Of a stretch of DNA of 20,000 bases, positions 19,411 to 20,000 are shown one piece after another. Below the pieces are notes generated by a model. It did not search any database, was not told where the DNA came from, and worked only from the letters and a program-made list of their open reading frames with translations. The translations under genes were made by a program, and so were the position numbers. Source of the stretch: Myxococcota bacterium (GTDB lineage: Bacteria > Myxococcota > Myxococcia > Myxococcales > Myxococcaceae); NCBI GenBank assembly GCA_049322255.1, contig JBMORE010000157.1:46539-66538 (forward strand). Reading direction: 5' to 3'. Each line of letters opens with the position of its first letter. Position 1 is the first letter of the stretch.

Positions 19411-19992
19411 ATGGCGAGCACCACCGCGGACAAGGCGCTTCAGCCCGACCTCGACTCGATTCAGCGCATGCGCTTTCGCAAGGCGATGGCGCGCAAGAAG
19501 CGCGTCGAGCGCGAAGCAGAGAACGAGATCTCCGAGCTCAACCTCACCGCGATGATGGACATGATGACCATCATCTTGGTGTTCCTCTTGAAGTCGTTCT
19601 CCGCCTCGACGGTGTCGATGACCACCTCGGAGGACATTCGCCCGCCGGTGTCGAGCACGCGCGCCGTGCCCAAGGACACCGTGGCGGTGACCATCACCAA
19701 CAAGACCATCTTGGTGGGAGACAAGAAGGTGGTCGATCTGGCGCAGGGCCGCGTCCCTGAGGGCGCCCTCTCGGGCCGCTTGGTGGTTCCGCTGCACGAG
19801 CGGCTGCAAAAGGAAGTCGAGAAGCTCAAGACCATCGAATCGCGCGGCGGGGCGCCTTTCTCCCGAGAGATGTCGGTGATCGCCGACCGGAAGATTCCCT
19901 ACGACCTTTTGCTCACTGTGCTCTACACCGCCGGCCAGAACGAGCTGGAGAACTACCGCTTCGTGGTCATTCAGAAGGAAGGCGGCGAGTAG
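19411..19992 (+). CDS. ExbD/TolR family protein (second copy)
   Basis: ELNLTAMMDMMTIILVFLL TM with conserved Asp; C-terminal VIADRKIPYDLLLTVLYTA. Confidence 0.92.
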   Translation: MASTTADKALQPDLDSIQRMRFRKAMARKKRVEREAENEISELNLTAMMDMMTIILVFLLKSFSASTVSMTTSEDIRPPVSSTRAVPKDTVAVTITNKTILVGDKKVVDLAQGRVPEGALSGRLVVPLHERLQKEVEKLKTIESRGGAPFSREMSVIADRKIPYDLLLTVLYTAGQNELENYRFVVIQKEGGE

Positions 19993-20000
19993 ACCTAGAG

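Noticed and set aside
18070..19809. 579-aa minus-strand ORF spanning the motor genes
   Set aside because: Shadow ORF: the three + strand genes happen to share one frame, so the antisense frame stays open.
18112..19992. Assigning gene symbols aglR/aglQ/aglS
   Set aside because: The composition fits and the first ExbD has Asp28, but myxobacteria carry paralogous clusters and orthology cannot be established by eye.

Overview
GC-rich bacterial chromosomal window, most consistent with Myxococcota (inferred from gene content and order). It holds 15 protein-coding genes. From left to right: a 5'-truncated GH57 branching enzyme, a TPR/coiled-coil protein with a HEPN-like C-terminal domain, an alpha/beta hydrolase, an archaemetzincin (M54) protease, a large minus-strand ZU5/Ig/beta-propeller lipoprotein, a DegP/HtrA protease, a minus-strand membrane diguanylate cyclase with a periplasmic CxxCH motif, then pgeF, a CpoB-like lipoprotein, a TsaP-like LysM protein, dprA, topA, and a TolQ/ExbB + 2x TolR/ExbD motor cluster. 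No mobile element, CRISPR array, tRNA or rRNA was seen. The main unexplained signals are: (1) a ~320-nt rod-like fold-back between tsaP and dprA whose non-Watson-Crick pairs in the three long stems are all G-U on the + strand, a candidate structured RNA; (2) the TPR-coiled-coil-HEPN architecture; (3) two BoxC-like palindromic repeats that supply gene stop codons; (4) a CpoB-like gene whose signal peptide is only complete with a non-canonical ATT start or readthrough of an amber codon. All family calls come from motif recognition by eye, not from database searches.
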